Part shown: one piece after another, positions 38,732 through 48,622 of the stretch
Layout of the letters: every line of letters begins with the position of its first letter
How positions within the stretch are numbered: position 1 is the first letter of the stretch
DNA from: Candidatus Omnitrophota bacterium
GTDB taxonomy: Bacteria > Omnitrophota > Gorgyraeia > Gygaellales > Profunditerraquicolaceae
Direction: 5' to 3'
Assembly: GCA_041651115.1 (NCBI GenBank)
Contig: JBAZJY010000002.1
Span: 158,855-222,854 of the forward strand
DNA: 64,000 nt
Position numbers and translations under genes: made by a program
The notes under the pieces: generated by a model
The model's database searches: none
What the model was told of the DNA's origin: nothing
Seen by the model: only the letters and a program-made list of their open reading frames with translations

Positions 38732-39947
38732 GAATAAGCTGCTTCTGGCTGCCGGGATACTGCATTCATCAAAGGCGTTCCTTGGCCCGGAAGTGCTGCA
38801 CATAGACCTTACCAACTGGTGTAATTTTAACTGCATTGCCTGCTGGTGCAGGTCGCCGCTCTTGGGTGATAAAGCAATGCCGGAATGGGAAAAGAAACTG
38901 ATCATCCCGTTTAAGCTGATAAAGAGTATTTTTGACGATATCTCGCGGATGGGCGGATTGAAGCAGGTAAAATTAGTGGGAGGCGGAGAGCCGTTCATGC
39001 ATCCGGATATCCTCAAGATAGTGGAATACATAAAGAAGAAGGATAAAAATATCCAGATTGACATAAATACCAACTTTAGCCTGGTTACCGAGGAGGTCGC
39101 GGAAAAATTGCTGGATTTAGGCCTTGATCTCTTTACCGTCAGCCTCTGGGCAGGCACGCCTGAAGTATACGCGGCAGTGCATCCGAACCAGAGCGGCCAG
39201 ACTTTTAAGAAGATCGCCAAGGTCCTTAAATTTATCGCCGCTAAAAAAAGAGGGAGGAAATGGCTGCACCCGAGTATCGTTATCCACGACGTGATCTTTA
39301 AACATAATTATAAGGATATTGAAGAGATGGTGCGTTTTGCCCTGGACGTGGAAGCCAGTAACATCCAGTTCGTGCCCGTAGACCCGGTTAAAGACAGGAC
39401 CGAATCTTTACTTTTAAATGATATTGAAAGGGCAGAGCTGCTTGAGATGTGCCGGCGCATCCGCGAGAATTATGACGCGCGGAGTTTCGATTATACTGCC
39501 GGGGACGGCCGGGTAGTAAAGCTGCCTGATTTTGACGGCTTTATCCAGCGGATCAAAAGGCAGGATCTTGCAAGCGGAGCGTACGATGAGCAGGTGGTGG
39601 ATGAGTTCCCCTGTTATGTGGGCTGGCTCTTTGCCCGGATCATGACTACGGGCAATGTAGTTCCCTGTTGTAAAGGCCACAGGATGATCCTCGGCAATGT
39701 TTTTAAAAACAGGTTCAGGGATATCTGGTTTGGCAAGTCCTATAATGAATTCCGGGATAAATGCCTGAAGATCTCAAAATCCGACTCTTATTTTTCCAAG
39801 ATCGGCAATGACGCGGTCAGCCGCACAGGCTGTTATAACTGCGATAATATGTGGCAGAATATCCCTACGCACAAAAAGATAACTTCGCTTAAAAAAAGCA
39901 GCCGGCTCGTTCCTTTAGCCGAGTCGTTGTTAAAACGGATATTTTAA
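38700..39947 (+). CDS. radical SAM/SPASM domain protein, paralog 2
   Basis: DLTNWCNFNCIACW and GGGEPF motifs, plus C-terminal FPCYVGW...CCKGH and GCYNCDN. Confidence 0.75.
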   Translation: MDEFRKVIRDKNKLLLAAGILHSSKAFLGPEVLHIDLTNWCNFNCIACWCRSPLLGDKAMPEWEKKLIIPFKLIKSIFDDISRMGGLKQVKLVGGGEPFMHPDILKIVEYIKKKDKNIQIDINTNFSLVTEEVAEKLLDLGLDLFTVSLWAGTPEVYAAVHPNQSGQTFKKIAKVLKFIAAKKRGRKWLHPSIVIHDVIFKHNYKDIEEMVRFALDVEASNIQFVPVDPVKDRTESLLLNDIERAELLEMCRRIRENYDARSFDYTAGDGRVVKLPDFDGFIQRIKRQDLASGAYDEQVVDEFPCYVGWLFARIMTTGNVVPCCKGHRMILGNVFKNRFRDIWFGKSYNEFRDKCLKISKSDSYFSKIGNDAVSRTGCYNCDNMWQNIPTHKKITSLKKSSRLVPLAESLLKRIF

Positions 39948-39948
39948 A

Positions 39949-41202
39949 ATGCTGGGCAGAATATTAAACAGGCTTTCTTTGTCCGAGAATAAGAGAAGGT
40001 ACCTTAATTTAAAAGGCATTATCAGCGGCCGCTATGCCTATAAGGGCCCGGATGTCGTGCAGATAGACCTGACGGATAAATGCGACTGCGGCTGCACCGC
40101 CTGCTGGCTACATTCACCGTTTTTGAATAAGCCCCCGCATGGCGACTTTCCGGAATTGGAGTATGGCGCGGTAATAAATCTTATTGATGAGCTAAAGCGG
40201 CGAGGGACTAAAGAGCTGATATTCTCCGGCGGAGGAGAGCCGTTCATGCACCCGCGTATCTGGCAGGTGCTTGAATATGCCCAAGGCGCTAATTTACGTT
40301 TTCGCCTGAATACCAATCTTGCCTTGCTAGACGAAAAAGACATTCTTCGTTTGACAAGTTTCAGGAAGCTTGTCTCTGTGACTGCCAGCGTCTGGTCCGG
40401 CAGGCAGGACCTGTATGCTTTCTTGCACAATCGTCCTGCGCAGCAGTTCTTGCGGGTCAAGCAGAACCTAAGGGCCCTTAACGCCGCCAGGAAGAAAGGA
40501 ATGGAAGTAAAGTTATATGCGGTGATCAGCAACCTGAATTATTTTGACCTGAAGGCAATAGCTGCCATGGCGCAGGAAACCGGCTGCACGGGGATTGAGT
40601 TTGGGGTGATTGATGCGGTAGCCGGAGCAACCGACCGCTTGCTTTTAAATGAAGACCAGCTTGATATCCTGAAAAACGGTTTTCTAAAGCTCGTCAACCG
40701 GATGAAAAATAAAAAAGTCAGGATCGTCAACAAGGGCCTGTTTTTAAGAAGGATCTCCAGCCCAGGCGCAGCCCGGGGGGAATATGACGGAGCCGTCTCA
40801 AAGACCCCCTGCTATGCGGGGTGGTTTTTTTTAAGGGTAAGGGCCAATGGCAGCGTCAATTCCTGCCTGAAGTCCCATCGTTTTCCCGTCGGTAACATTT
40901 ATAAAGAAAGTTTCGGCGCTATCTGGAACGGCCGCAAACAGCAGTTTTTCAGGATGAGCGGCATTTGCCTGCCGCGCGACAAGCGGCTTTTCAGCCTGAT
41001 GGGTAATTCCGCGGGGAGTTTAGGCTGCAGCGCGCTTTGCGATAATACCGTAATCAACGAACACGTGCATAACCGGCTGCGCTATACTTTCGCGGCCAAA
41101 AACCTTATGCTTTACGGTAAAGAGAGGCATTGGCCGCTTCAAGTATTCCGCTTGCGGGAAACATTGGGGCTCCATTTTTTTAAAGGCCGCAGGCCACGAT
41201 GA
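39949..41202 (+). CDS. radical SAM/SPASM domain protein, paralog 3
   Basis: DLTDKCDCGCTACW and GGGEPF motifs, plus C-terminal PCYAGW...C.KSH and GCSALCDN. Confidence 0.75.
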   Translation: MLGRILNRLSLSENKRRYLNLKGIISGRYAYKGPDVVQIDLTDKCDCGCTACWLHSPFLNKPPHGDFPELEYGAVINLIDELKRRGTKELIFSGGGEPFMHPRIWQVLEYAQGANLRFRLNTNLALLDEKDILRLTSFRKLVSVTASVWSGRQDLYAFLHNRPAQQFLRVKQNLRALNAARKKGMEVKLYAVISNLNYFDLKAIAAMAQETGCTGIEFGVIDAVAGATDRLLLNEDQLDILKNGFLKLVNRMKNKKVRIVNKGLFLRRISSPGAARGEYDGAVSKTPCYAGWFFLRVRANGSVNSCLKSHRFPVGNIYKESFGAIWNGRKQQFFRMSGICLPRDKRLFSLMGNSAGSLGCSALCDNTVINEHVHNRLRYTFAAKNLMLYGKERHWPLQVFRLRETLGLHFFKGRRPR

Positions 41203-41206
41203 TGCT

Positions 41207-41326
41207 ATGAAAAAGATCCGGGCCCTGACAGTAATATTATTTTTATTTGCCATTGCCGTAGTCATGGATACGGCCTTGTTTTTGCTGAAGAAATTAAGGG
41301 GATCGCTGTATTTTCCCGGCGGCTAA
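41207..41326 (+). CDS. 39-aa hydrophobic peptide (MKKIRALTVILFLFAIAVVMDTALFLLKKLRGSLYFPGG)
   Basis: Unannotated short ORF immediately after the third SPASM gene. It has a single TM helix and no obvious RBS. Confidence 0.25.
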   Translation: MKKIRALTVILFLFAIAVVMDTALFLLKKLRGSLYFPGG

Positions 41327-41332
41327 TCTACT

Positions 41333-42499
41333 ATGAAGATATTGATGGTGCATCCTCATGACCTGCATTCTCCTTCGGAGCCCTGGACTATCCGCATCAA
41401 GAAGATCGCCGCTGAATTCAGGAAAATGGGGCATGAGGTAAAAATAGTTTATTTCCCGCTTAATTCCGGCCGCGCTTATATGAGCCTTAAGGAAGACGGC
41501 ATTGAAATGTATACCTTAAGCAGGAGGCTGGGGATATTGGTGCTTTTGCGCAATATTATCCGCATGGCCAGGCTGACCGGATGGTGCGATATCATTCATT
41601 TTCAGAAATGCTACTATCATGTAGCCCTGCCGGTATTGATCTCTGCCTTAATCAAGAATAAGCCGGTGCATTATGACTGGGATGATTGGGAGACGAAAAT
41701 ATTTTATTACTCTAATCCCAGGGTAGTAGCTGTGGGAGGGTTTATAGATATTTTTGAAAAGCTGATCCCGGGCATCGTGGATACGGTTTCCGTATCAAGC
41801 CGGCATGTGCGCAGGCTTAGCCTGAAAAGGGGAGTGCCGGAAAACAGGATATTCCCCGCATCCGTAGGCGCTGACCTGGAAAAATTCCATCCGGACCTGG
41901 ATCGCGGCGCGGTAAAAAAGAAATACGGCATTAATAACCATCTTGTTCTATATTTAGGCCAATTGCACGGCGCGCAATATGCCGAACTTTTTATAAAAGC
42001 AGCCCGCATGATCATAGATAAAGGTTTGGATGCCACCTTCATGATTGCCGGAGACGGTTACCGTTTACGGGAACTCAAAGAGTTGGCAGGGCAGCTCAAG
42101 ACTGGCAGCCGGCTTATTTTTACCGGATATGTGCCGCACGAAGAAGTCCCCGGCTATATTGCCGCTGCCGATATCTGCGTGGCCTGTTTTGAAGAAAATG
42201 ATATAACCAAATGCAAAAGCCCTTTAAAGATAGTGGAATACCTGGCTTGCGGCAAGGCGATCGTTGCCAGCAATGTGGGAGAGGTGCGTAATATGGCCGG
42301 AGGCGTTGCCGTGTTGACAAAACCCGGAGACGTGGATTCGCTTGCTAATGGGATTACCCTTTTGTTGCAGGATCATGAGTTAAGGGAAAAATTAGCGAAA
42401 ACAGCTGTAGAAAGGGCGAAAAGAAGGTATAATTGGAAGGTTACCGCGGAGAGTATCATGCGCGCGTATGATACGGCGCTCTGCGGCAGAGGAAATTAA
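41333..42499 (+). CDS. glycosyltransferase family 4 (GT-B)
   Basis: 388 aa. The C-terminal E..G..I.EA.A.G.P.V motif set is typical of GT4. Confidence 0.7.
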   Translation: MKILMVHPHDLHSPSEPWTIRIKKIAAEFRKMGHEVKIVYFPLNSGRAYMSLKEDGIEMYTLSRRLGILVLLRNIIRMARLTGWCDIIHFQKCYYHVALPVLISALIKNKPVHYDWDDWETKIFYYSNPRVVAVGGFIDIFEKLIPGIVDTVSVSSRHVRRLSLKRGVPENRIFPASVGADLEKFHPDLDRGAVKKKYGINNHLVLYLGQLHGAQYAELFIKAARMIIDKGLDATFMIAGDGYRLRELKELAGQLKTGSRLIFTGYVPHEEVPGYIAAADICVACFEENDITKCKSPLKIVEYLACGKAIVASNVGEVRNMAGGVAVLTKPGDVDSLANGITLLLQDHELREKLAKTAVERAKRRYNWKVTAESIMRAYDTALCGRGN

Positions 42500-42514
42500 A
42501 AAGGGGGGTGTGCT

Positions 42515-43138
42515 ATGGTTATCGTTGGCATTATTTTATTCGCAGTTATGGCAGTTGCGGTTGTCTGGTTTTTTGCTAAGAAGGGCCGCAAGGGCCCTCG
42601 TAATGTTGACAAGTCGTCAAGGACAAGGAGCGGCAGGATAGACATTTACAGCCAGGACCTGGAGTTTGAGCTTAAGGACATAAAGGCAGGCGGCACTAAT
42701 AAGACGCGCTACGATTACGCGCATTGGTTAAGCCCTGACGACCAGAGAAAGCATTGGGTCGTGGAAGGAGAGGTTGGCAGTCAATGGGAGAAGTTGTGGA
42801 TAGAGTTTACTCCTTCTGCTTCCGGATATGTGCTGATCAATCTCAGGGGGTCGTATTACGAAGATATCCAGGAGAATCATCATGATGTCTGGGTGGATGA
42901 TTGCGATGTGTCGGGAGCGTCAATAAAAAACGGCGACTTTGAAATGATTGACCCTACTGGCAAGCCCGCGTATTGGGGATGGAACGGCACGCCGGACAGG
43001 TATGTAACCGACGGCAGTCAGTCGCACGGCGGACAATGCTCGGTCTTGGTCTGGCACGATATTGCCCTAGTGCAGAAGATCAGCGTAACCGCGTGGCAGA
43101 GATATACGATCAGCGCGTGGTTTAAGGCGTATAAATAA
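42515..43138 (+). CDS. membrane-anchored carbohydrate-binding-module-like protein, paralog A
   Basis: N-terminal TM, then WIEFTPSASGYV...LRGSYY...VWVDD...NGDFE (CBM_4_9-like). Confidence 0.45.
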   Translation: MVIVGIILFAVMAVAVVWFFAKKGRKGPRNVDKSSRTRSGRIDIYSQDLEFELKDIKAGGTNKTRYDYAHWLSPDDQRKHWVVEGEVGSQWEKLWIEFTPSASGYVLINLRGSYYEDIQENHHDVWVDDCDVSGASIKNGDFEMIDPTGKPAYWGWNGTPDRYVTDGSQSHGGQCSVLVWHDIALVQKISVTAWQRYTISAWFKAYK

Positions 43139-43148
43139 TACTTAAGCT

Positions 43149-43808
43149 GTGCAAGGAGGGAAAAGGAAAGTGAAAAAAGCCATATTTTCCTGTTTTTTCA
43201 TTCCGGTATTCTGCATTTGTTGCGGCCTTTTGGCCGCAGAAAAGAGTTTGGCTGCCGATATTAACGAGTCCAGCGCCCGGATAGACATCAATAGTGAAAA
43301 TTCCGCGTTTAGCTTTACTAACGTAAGCAGCAACGGCCAATGTAACGTCGCCGACTGGGTGCCTGTAAAAGAGCAGCCAAAAAACTGGCTGACGCAAATG
43401 GCGCTGCGGCTTGATGAGGAATGGCAGGAGCTTTGGATCGAGTTTACGCCTTCAGCCTCGGGATACGTAGTTATGCAGCTAAGAGGTTCGTATTATCCCG
43501 ATATCAAAAAAAACCGTCATGAAGTATGGGTTGATGATGTGACCGTGCAGGGTAAAGGCGCTGCGCTGGTAAACGGCAGTTTTGAATATCTGCGTAATCC
43601 CAACGGTAACCTGATTGGCTGGGCATGGGCTGACCTGTCCGGGGCCAAATACCGCCAGGTGCCCGAATTTGCCAAGCACGGGAAGAACTGCATCCTGGTC
43701 TGGCATGATAATCCGGTAATTGCCAAGATCGCCGTCAAGGCAGGCGAGAAATATAAGATCAGTGCCTGGTTCAGGCCGAATTATAAAAAGCCGCAGAAGT
43801 CTTCATAG
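43149..43808 (+). CDS. secreted carbohydrate-binding-module-like protein, paralog B
   Basis: Signal peptide, then the same WIEFTPSASGYV/LRGSYY/VWVDD/NGSFE blocks as paralog A. The true start may be GTG 43170. Confidence 0.45.
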   Translation: MQGGKRKVKKAIFSCFFIPVFCICCGLLAAEKSLAADINESSARIDINSENSAFSFTNVSSNGQCNVADWVPVKEQPKNWLTQMALRLDEEWQELWIEFTPSASGYVVMQLRGSYYPDIKKNRHEVWVDDVTVQGKGAALVNGSFEYLRNPNGNLIGWAWADLSGAKYRQVPEFAKHGKNCILVWHDNPVIAKIAVKAGEKYKISAWFRPNYKKPQKSS

Positions 43809-43825
43809 CTAGCCCTAAAATAATC

Positions 43826-45403
43826 ATGCGCGCATTATTACTGGCCATTATTATACTCTTCCACGGCATTAATAATTATTTCTGGCTGAAGCAGGACAAT
43901 GAAAGCATGGGCACGGATGTGGCCAGCCACGTCAGCTGCGCAGTTTCTTTCCATCAACAGCTAAAGAACATATTCTTCTCCGGAGAGCAGCCGGCAGAAA
44001 AATGTAAGTGGCTTGTTTTTTTGTTCCTTAGCGGCCCGTTCTATTGGCCCCATCTGGTACATTTCCTTGCTGCGCTAGCCGCTTTTATCTCACAGGACGT
44101 CCTTTTCTGGATCAGGTTTTCCAATCTATTTTATTTTGCGGCCCTCGTCATCGGCACCTATCTTTTGGGGAAAAAGGTGCACAGCACGCAGGCAGGCTTG
44201 CTTGCCGCAGTTTTTATTTCTTTGTATCCGGGCATATTCGGCCTATCCCGTAAATTCGGGTTGGATTTTCCGCTTACCAGTATTGTCTGTCTGGCGATTT
44301 ATTTTCTCCTAAGCAGCGAAGGATTCCAGAACCGACGCTATAGCGCATTGTTCGGGATTGCCTCGGGGTTAGGCATGCTGATAAAGGGGCAGTTCCTGCT
44401 TTTTTTGGCCGGCCCGTCTTTATTTGTGGCGGTTACGGGGTTTATGCGCAGCCGGGATAAAAGAAATTATTTTTTTAATCTTTCTTTTTCTGCCGCGCTT
44501 GCCGCCGGTATCGCTTTTGTCTGGTGGCATAAGTTTTTTTCTCCCGCCATTGAAGCGCCGCGGTATATAGATTTTTTATGGTATAAGCCCGGTGCCCTAC
44601 GGAGCTTCTATTTTTATTTGAGGGGTGCGTTTTTGTACATCTCACCGTTATTTTTTGCGGCGTTTCTCCTGGGCCTGGCCTTATATTTGAAGAATTTTAA
44701 GAAAGTGAGGCTATTTTTCCTGTCTTGGGCAGCCTTGCCGTGCATTTTTTTTCTCCTATTCTATAAACTCGACAACGAAAGGTATATTTTCCCATTTTTT
44801 CCGGCGCTGGCATTGATTACCGCGATTGGAATACTGGAGCTTGCCTCCAGGAAGTTAATGCGGCGGCTAATCATATTTTTTATCCTTACCGGCGCATTGC
44901 AATTTTTTGGCTTAAGCTACGCCGGCCTTGCCCCGCCGTCATGCTGGATGGTCCATAGCCCGCAGAAGAATACTCACCGTTTGATCATAAATGAATTTAA
45001 CCGGATCATGCAGGGGGTTAAGCCGGGCAGGAGAGAAATCGGGATTATTGAAGAGGAATATTTTTCCGGCGACCCTTGCCTGCGGCTGGCATACTTTCTT
45101 AAGCTGGCCGATGAGAAAAATAATGTCTCTTTAAGTGCTGATGGTGTGCGCATATATCATTTAAGCCTATCAAGAGAACTCCTTTCAAAGGCATTTCTTA
45201 GCCGGCAGGACAATTATGATTTTTTGATTGTTTTCTCGCAGGACGGGGAAGGGCCTGATTTTTCCGGGCTTGAAAAATTCTCCACTGAGCAGGAAAAAGA
45301 AATGGCTGCCGCGGCGATAAAGAAATTTAAAAAATTTCAGATCATAAAACGAAGGATCTTCTGGCCGGGAGAAATATATGTATTCCTCCTTAAAAAAACA
45401 TAA
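43826..45403 (+). CDS. GT-C fold glycosyltransferase (ArnT/PMT_2-like), paralog 1
   Basis: 525 aa, ~11 TM in the N-terminal half plus a soluble C-terminal domain. Layout resembles GT39/83. Confidence 0.55.
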   Translation: MRALLLAIIILFHGINNYFWLKQDNESMGTDVASHVSCAVSFHQQLKNIFFSGEQPAEKCKWLVFLFLSGPFYWPHLVHFLAALAAFISQDVLFWIRFSNLFYFAALVIGTYLLGKKVHSTQAGLLAAVFISLYPGIFGLSRKFGLDFPLTSIVCLAIYFLLSSEGFQNRRYSALFGIASGLGMLIKGQFLLFLAGPSLFVAVTGFMRSRDKRNYFFNLSFSAALAAGIAFVWWHKFFSPAIEAPRYIDFLWYKPGALRSFYFYLRGAFLYISPLFFAAFLLGLALYLKNFKKVRLFFLSWAALPCIFFLLFYKLDNERYIFPFFPALALITAIGILELASRKLMRRLIIFFILTGALQFFGLSYAGLAPPSCWMVHSPQKNTHRLIINEFNRIMQGVKPGRREIGIIEEEYFSGDPCLRLAYFLKLADEKNNVSLSADGVRIYHLSLSRELLSKAFLSRQDNYDFLIVFSQDGEGPDFSGLEKFSTEQEKEMAAAAIKKFKKFQIIKRRIFWPGEIYVFLLKKT

Positions 45404-46958
45404 ATACGCCTTTTGCGTAGCCGTAATCATACTTTTTCATGGCATTAACAATTATCTCTGGCTGAAGCAGGATAATGAAAGTATGGGCACTGATGTGGCG
45501 ATACACATCAACTCGGCAGTATCATTGCGCCAGGGTTTAGGCGAAATAGCTTTTTCCAGGGTAAGCCTAGCGCAGAAAGGCAAACAGTTCGCAGGGCTTT
45601 TTTTCAGCGGCCAATCATACTGGCCGAAGTTCGTGCCTTTTTTTGCGGCGCTGGCATCTTACCTGCCCCCTGATCCGCTTTTCTGGATCAGGTTTTCCAA
45701 TATGTTTTATTTCGCCATCCTCATCATCAGCGTGTACCTTCTGGGAAAAAAGGCGCACAGCCCGCAGGCAGGCGTGCTTGCCGCAGTTTTTATTTCTTTA
45801 TATCCGGGTATCTTCGGCCTGTCCCGGAAATTCGGCCTGGACTTTCCGTTGATCGGCATAACCGCCCTGGCCATGTATTTGCTTTTCAGCAGCGATAATT
45901 TCCAAAACCGGCGCTACAGCATACTATTCGGAATAACTTCAGGCCTGGGCATGCTGATAAAAGGGCAATTGTTGCTTTTTCTAATCGGGCCATTTTTATA
46001 TACGGCCGGAAACGGCTTTATGAACAGGGAGAGCAGAAAGAAATCCCTGGTTAATATTTCTGTAATGTTGGGGATTGCGCTGGCCATTGCCCTATCCTGG
46101 TGGTACAGGATGCATTCGGGACTATGGGGGGTTTATCTAAGATACAATATCCCGGTTGCGCTGCAGTACTTTTTGGTTACCGCATATCATCAAATGTCCC
46201 CGCTGTTTTTTACCGCCTTCCTCATGGGCATTGCTTTTTATCTAGTGCGCCGGAAACTCCCGCCGTTATTCTTATTATTGTGGCTTGTCACGCCGTGCCT
46301 TCTCTTACTTGCATTTTATACGTCCAACCATGAGCGCTATATTTTTCCGGCGTTTGCTGCGCTGGCGCTGATCTCTGTAACGGGCATACTTGAAATGCCT
46401 TCCCGCAAAGCCAGGCTGGCGCTGTTTTTATTTTTTATTTTTTTCGGGCTGGTAAATTTTTTCAATTCAAGCTATACGGCCGAGTTCTCTAGCTCCTCAT
46501 GGATCACGCATCGCCCGCAACAGCACAATCACCGTAAGGTTATGGACATCTTTAGCCGTGAGGTTAAGAGGCATGGCGCAGTAAACAGCAATATCGGCAT
46601 GATCGAAGAAGATTATTTCCGGGGCGACCCCTGCATCCGCCTGGGATATTTTTTAAAGCTTATTAATCCTCAAAGCAAAGTTTTTTTAAGCGCCGACGGG
46701 TACATCATACTTTACCCCTACGAGGCGGGATTTCGTGCGTCCGAAGGGTTCCTCGCTAATTTAAACAATTTTGATTTTTTGCTTGTTTTCTCGCAGAACC
46801 CGCTAAAACCAAGTTTTTGGAATGCCCAAAAACCTTCGGGCAATGCGGAAAGGGACGTCCTGCTTGAGGCGCAAAAGGCATTCCGGGATTTCAAAATAAT
46901 AAAGCGCGGCGTACTCAGGCCGGAAGAAATATACGTTTTTCTTTTAAAAAGGCAATAA
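45378..46958 (+). CDS. GT-C fold glycosyltransferase (ArnT/PMT_2-like), paralog 2
   Basis: 526 aa. N- and C-termini are near-identical to paralog 1 (ILFHGINNY.WLKQDNESMGTDVA, EIYVFLLK). Confidence 0.55.
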   Translation: MYSSLKKHKYAFCVAVIILFHGINNYLWLKQDNESMGTDVAIHINSAVSLRQGLGEIAFSRVSLAQKGKQFAGLFFSGQSYWPKFVPFFAALASYLPPDPLFWIRFSNMFYFAILIISVYLLGKKAHSPQAGVLAAVFISLYPGIFGLSRKFGLDFPLIGITALAMYLLFSSDNFQNRRYSILFGITSGLGMLIKGQLLLFLIGPFLYTAGNGFMNRESRKKSLVNISVMLGIALAIALSWWYRMHSGLWGVYLRYNIPVALQYFLVTAYHQMSPLFFTAFLMGIAFYLVRRKLPPLFLLLWLVTPCLLLLAFYTSNHERYIFPAFAALALISVTGILEMPSRKARLALFLFFIFFGLVNFFNSSYTAEFSSSSWITHRPQQHNHRKVMDIFSREVKRHGAVNSNIGMIEEDYFRGDPCIRLGYFLKLINPQSKVFLSADGYIILYPYEAGFRASEGFLANLNNFDFLLVFSQNPLKPSFWNAQKPSGNAERDVLLEAQKAFRDFKIIKRGVLRPEEIYVFLLKRQ

Positions 46959-46974
46959 AATACAGGCATCGGAT

Positions 46975-47703
46975 ATGGGGCCCATACTTTATTCCGTAGT
47001 CATCCCGGTTTATAACGAAGAAGCCGCGATCACTTCTACGATTAAACGCATAGAGGATTACTTTAACAAAAGAAGGTCAACATACGAAGTGATCCTGGTA
47101 AACGACGGAAGCACGGATGCAACCGTCACAAAGATCAGGAATGAAATATCCGACCGGCCGAACGTGCGGCTGCTGGCAAACCGCCGCAATGAAGGTAAGG
47201 GCGCGGCAGTCCGAAAAGGGATGTTATCTTCCCGCGGGGATTATCTTATCTTTACGGATGCGGATATGTCAACGCCCATAGAAGAGCTGGACAGCATCCT
47301 GGAACCGGGGTTTGCCTATAATGATAAGATCGTCATCGGCATAAGAGACGAGACGGTAAAAAATAAAAAAGTAGACAGGCCGGCAATCCGCAAAATAGTC
47401 AGCAGGACGTATAACTTCATGGCCAACTTTTTATTCGGCCTGAAAATGAATGATATCGGCTGCGGCTTTAAATGTTTTCCTTCGGCAATTGCCAAGTCAA
47501 TATTTGCCGAGCAAAAGATAAAAGGCTGGGTATTTGACGCCGAGCTTTTACTTAAGGCAAGGAAGATGGGCGTGCCTGTCAAAGAAGTGCCGGTATCATG
47601 GGCAAACCACCTCATTACCCGCGTAAACATCATTCCGGACAGCGCGTATTGCGCTTTTGACCTCTTGAGGCTGTTCTACTATAATCTGGCAGGCAAATTA
47701 TAA
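46975..47703 (+). CDS. GT2 polyprenyl-phosphate sugar synthase (Dpm1/ArnC/GtrB-like)
   Basis: SVVIPVYNEE, DGSTD and FTDADMSTP (DxD) motifs. 242 aa. Confidence 0.75.
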   Translation: MGPILYSVVIPVYNEEAAITSTIKRIEDYFNKRRSTYEVILVNDGSTDATVTKIRNEISDRPNVRLLANRRNEGKGAAVRKGMLSSRGDYLIFTDADMSTPIEELDSILEPGFAYNDKIVIGIRDETVKNKKVDRPAIRKIVSRTYNFMANFLFGLKMNDIGCGFKCFPSAIAKSIFAEQKIKGWVFDAELLLKARKMGVPVKEVPVSWANHLITRVNIIPDSAYCAFDLLRLFYYNLAGKL

Positions 47704-47735
47704 AACGCACGCTTATCTTGCGTTCCGGGGGTATT

Positions 47736-48617
47736 ATGGATTTTAGCATAGTTGTGCCGGTATATAATAAGGAAAAAACCCTTGAAGCCTGCATCAATTC
47801 TTTATTGGCACAGGATTATACCGAAGGCAGGTACGAGATAATATTCGTCAATAACAACTCAACCGATAATTCCTGCGCGATCATCGGCAGGCGCCCTTCG
47901 CTTAAGTTGATCCATGAAAAAAAGCAGGGCAGCTATGCCGGCCGCAATGCCGGGATACGGCAGGCAGAAGGTTCGGTAGTGGTTTTTACCGACGCGGATA
48001 TAGAGGTCAGGCGCGACTGGCTGAAAAATATCCGTTCTGCATTCGCGAAAAATAATTATGATATACTTATCGGCTGGTGCCTGCCGGCTGTTCCCGTAAA
48101 GCTCCTGGAAGTCCATAGTTTATTTATCCGTGAAAAAATAAAGGCCGCGCTCGCGCAGAAAGATTACCGTATGCTTATAGCCGGAGCAGGCAACCTGGCG
48201 ATAAAAAGGAGTGTTTTTGCCGCAGAGGGATTATTTTCGGCCGATTCCAATTCCGATGATACCAATTTTGTGATCCGCTGCTGCGAAAAAGGATACAAAG
48301 CGGGGTTTAGTGACGATATAGAAGCGAGAAGAAACGATATTAGCGGTATCGGAATTTACCTGCTAAAGAACTTTATTTCCGGCTGTTCTTACGTTCCGGA
48401 ATCAACGGGTAAGCCGTCTTTAGCAGCGCGGTTGAAAAACGCCGGACTGCTCATAAAATTCATGTTCAGGCATTTCCCGGTTGGATTAGGGATGCCCGTG
48501 ATTACGCTTTTCTATTTCATGGGGAATTTCTTGAACAGGATCGGCGTGATCAAGCCTTCCATCAGGCAGAGGCTGGTGCTTAATTATACGAACTTCATGA
48601 CTAAAAAGGGGCTTTAG
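47736..48617 (+). CDS. glycosyltransferase family 2
   Basis: IVVPVYNKE and FTDAD motifs. Start is chosen at ATG 47736. Confidence 0.7.
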   Translation: MDFSIVVPVYNKEKTLEACINSLLAQDYTEGRYEIIFVNNNSTDNSCAIIGRRPSLKLIHEKKQGSYAGRNAGIRQAEGSVVVFTDADIEVRRDWLKNIRSAFAKNNYDILIGWCLPAVPVKLLEVHSLFIREKIKAALAQKDYRMLIAGAGNLAIKRSVFAAEGLFSADSNSDDTNFVIRCCEKGYKAGFSDDIEARRNDISGIGIYLLKNFISGCSYVPESTGKPSLAARLKNAGLLIKFMFRHFPVGLGMPVITLFYFMGNFLNRIGVIKPSIRQRLVLNYTNFMTKKGL

Positions 48618-48622
48618 GGATC

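Noticed and set aside
45378-45403. 26-nt overlap between the two GT-C paralogs, as a possible sign of a fused or pseudogene
   Set aside because: Both reading frames are complete and full length (525/526 aa), and each has conserved N- and C-termini. The overlap is compatible with translational coupling.
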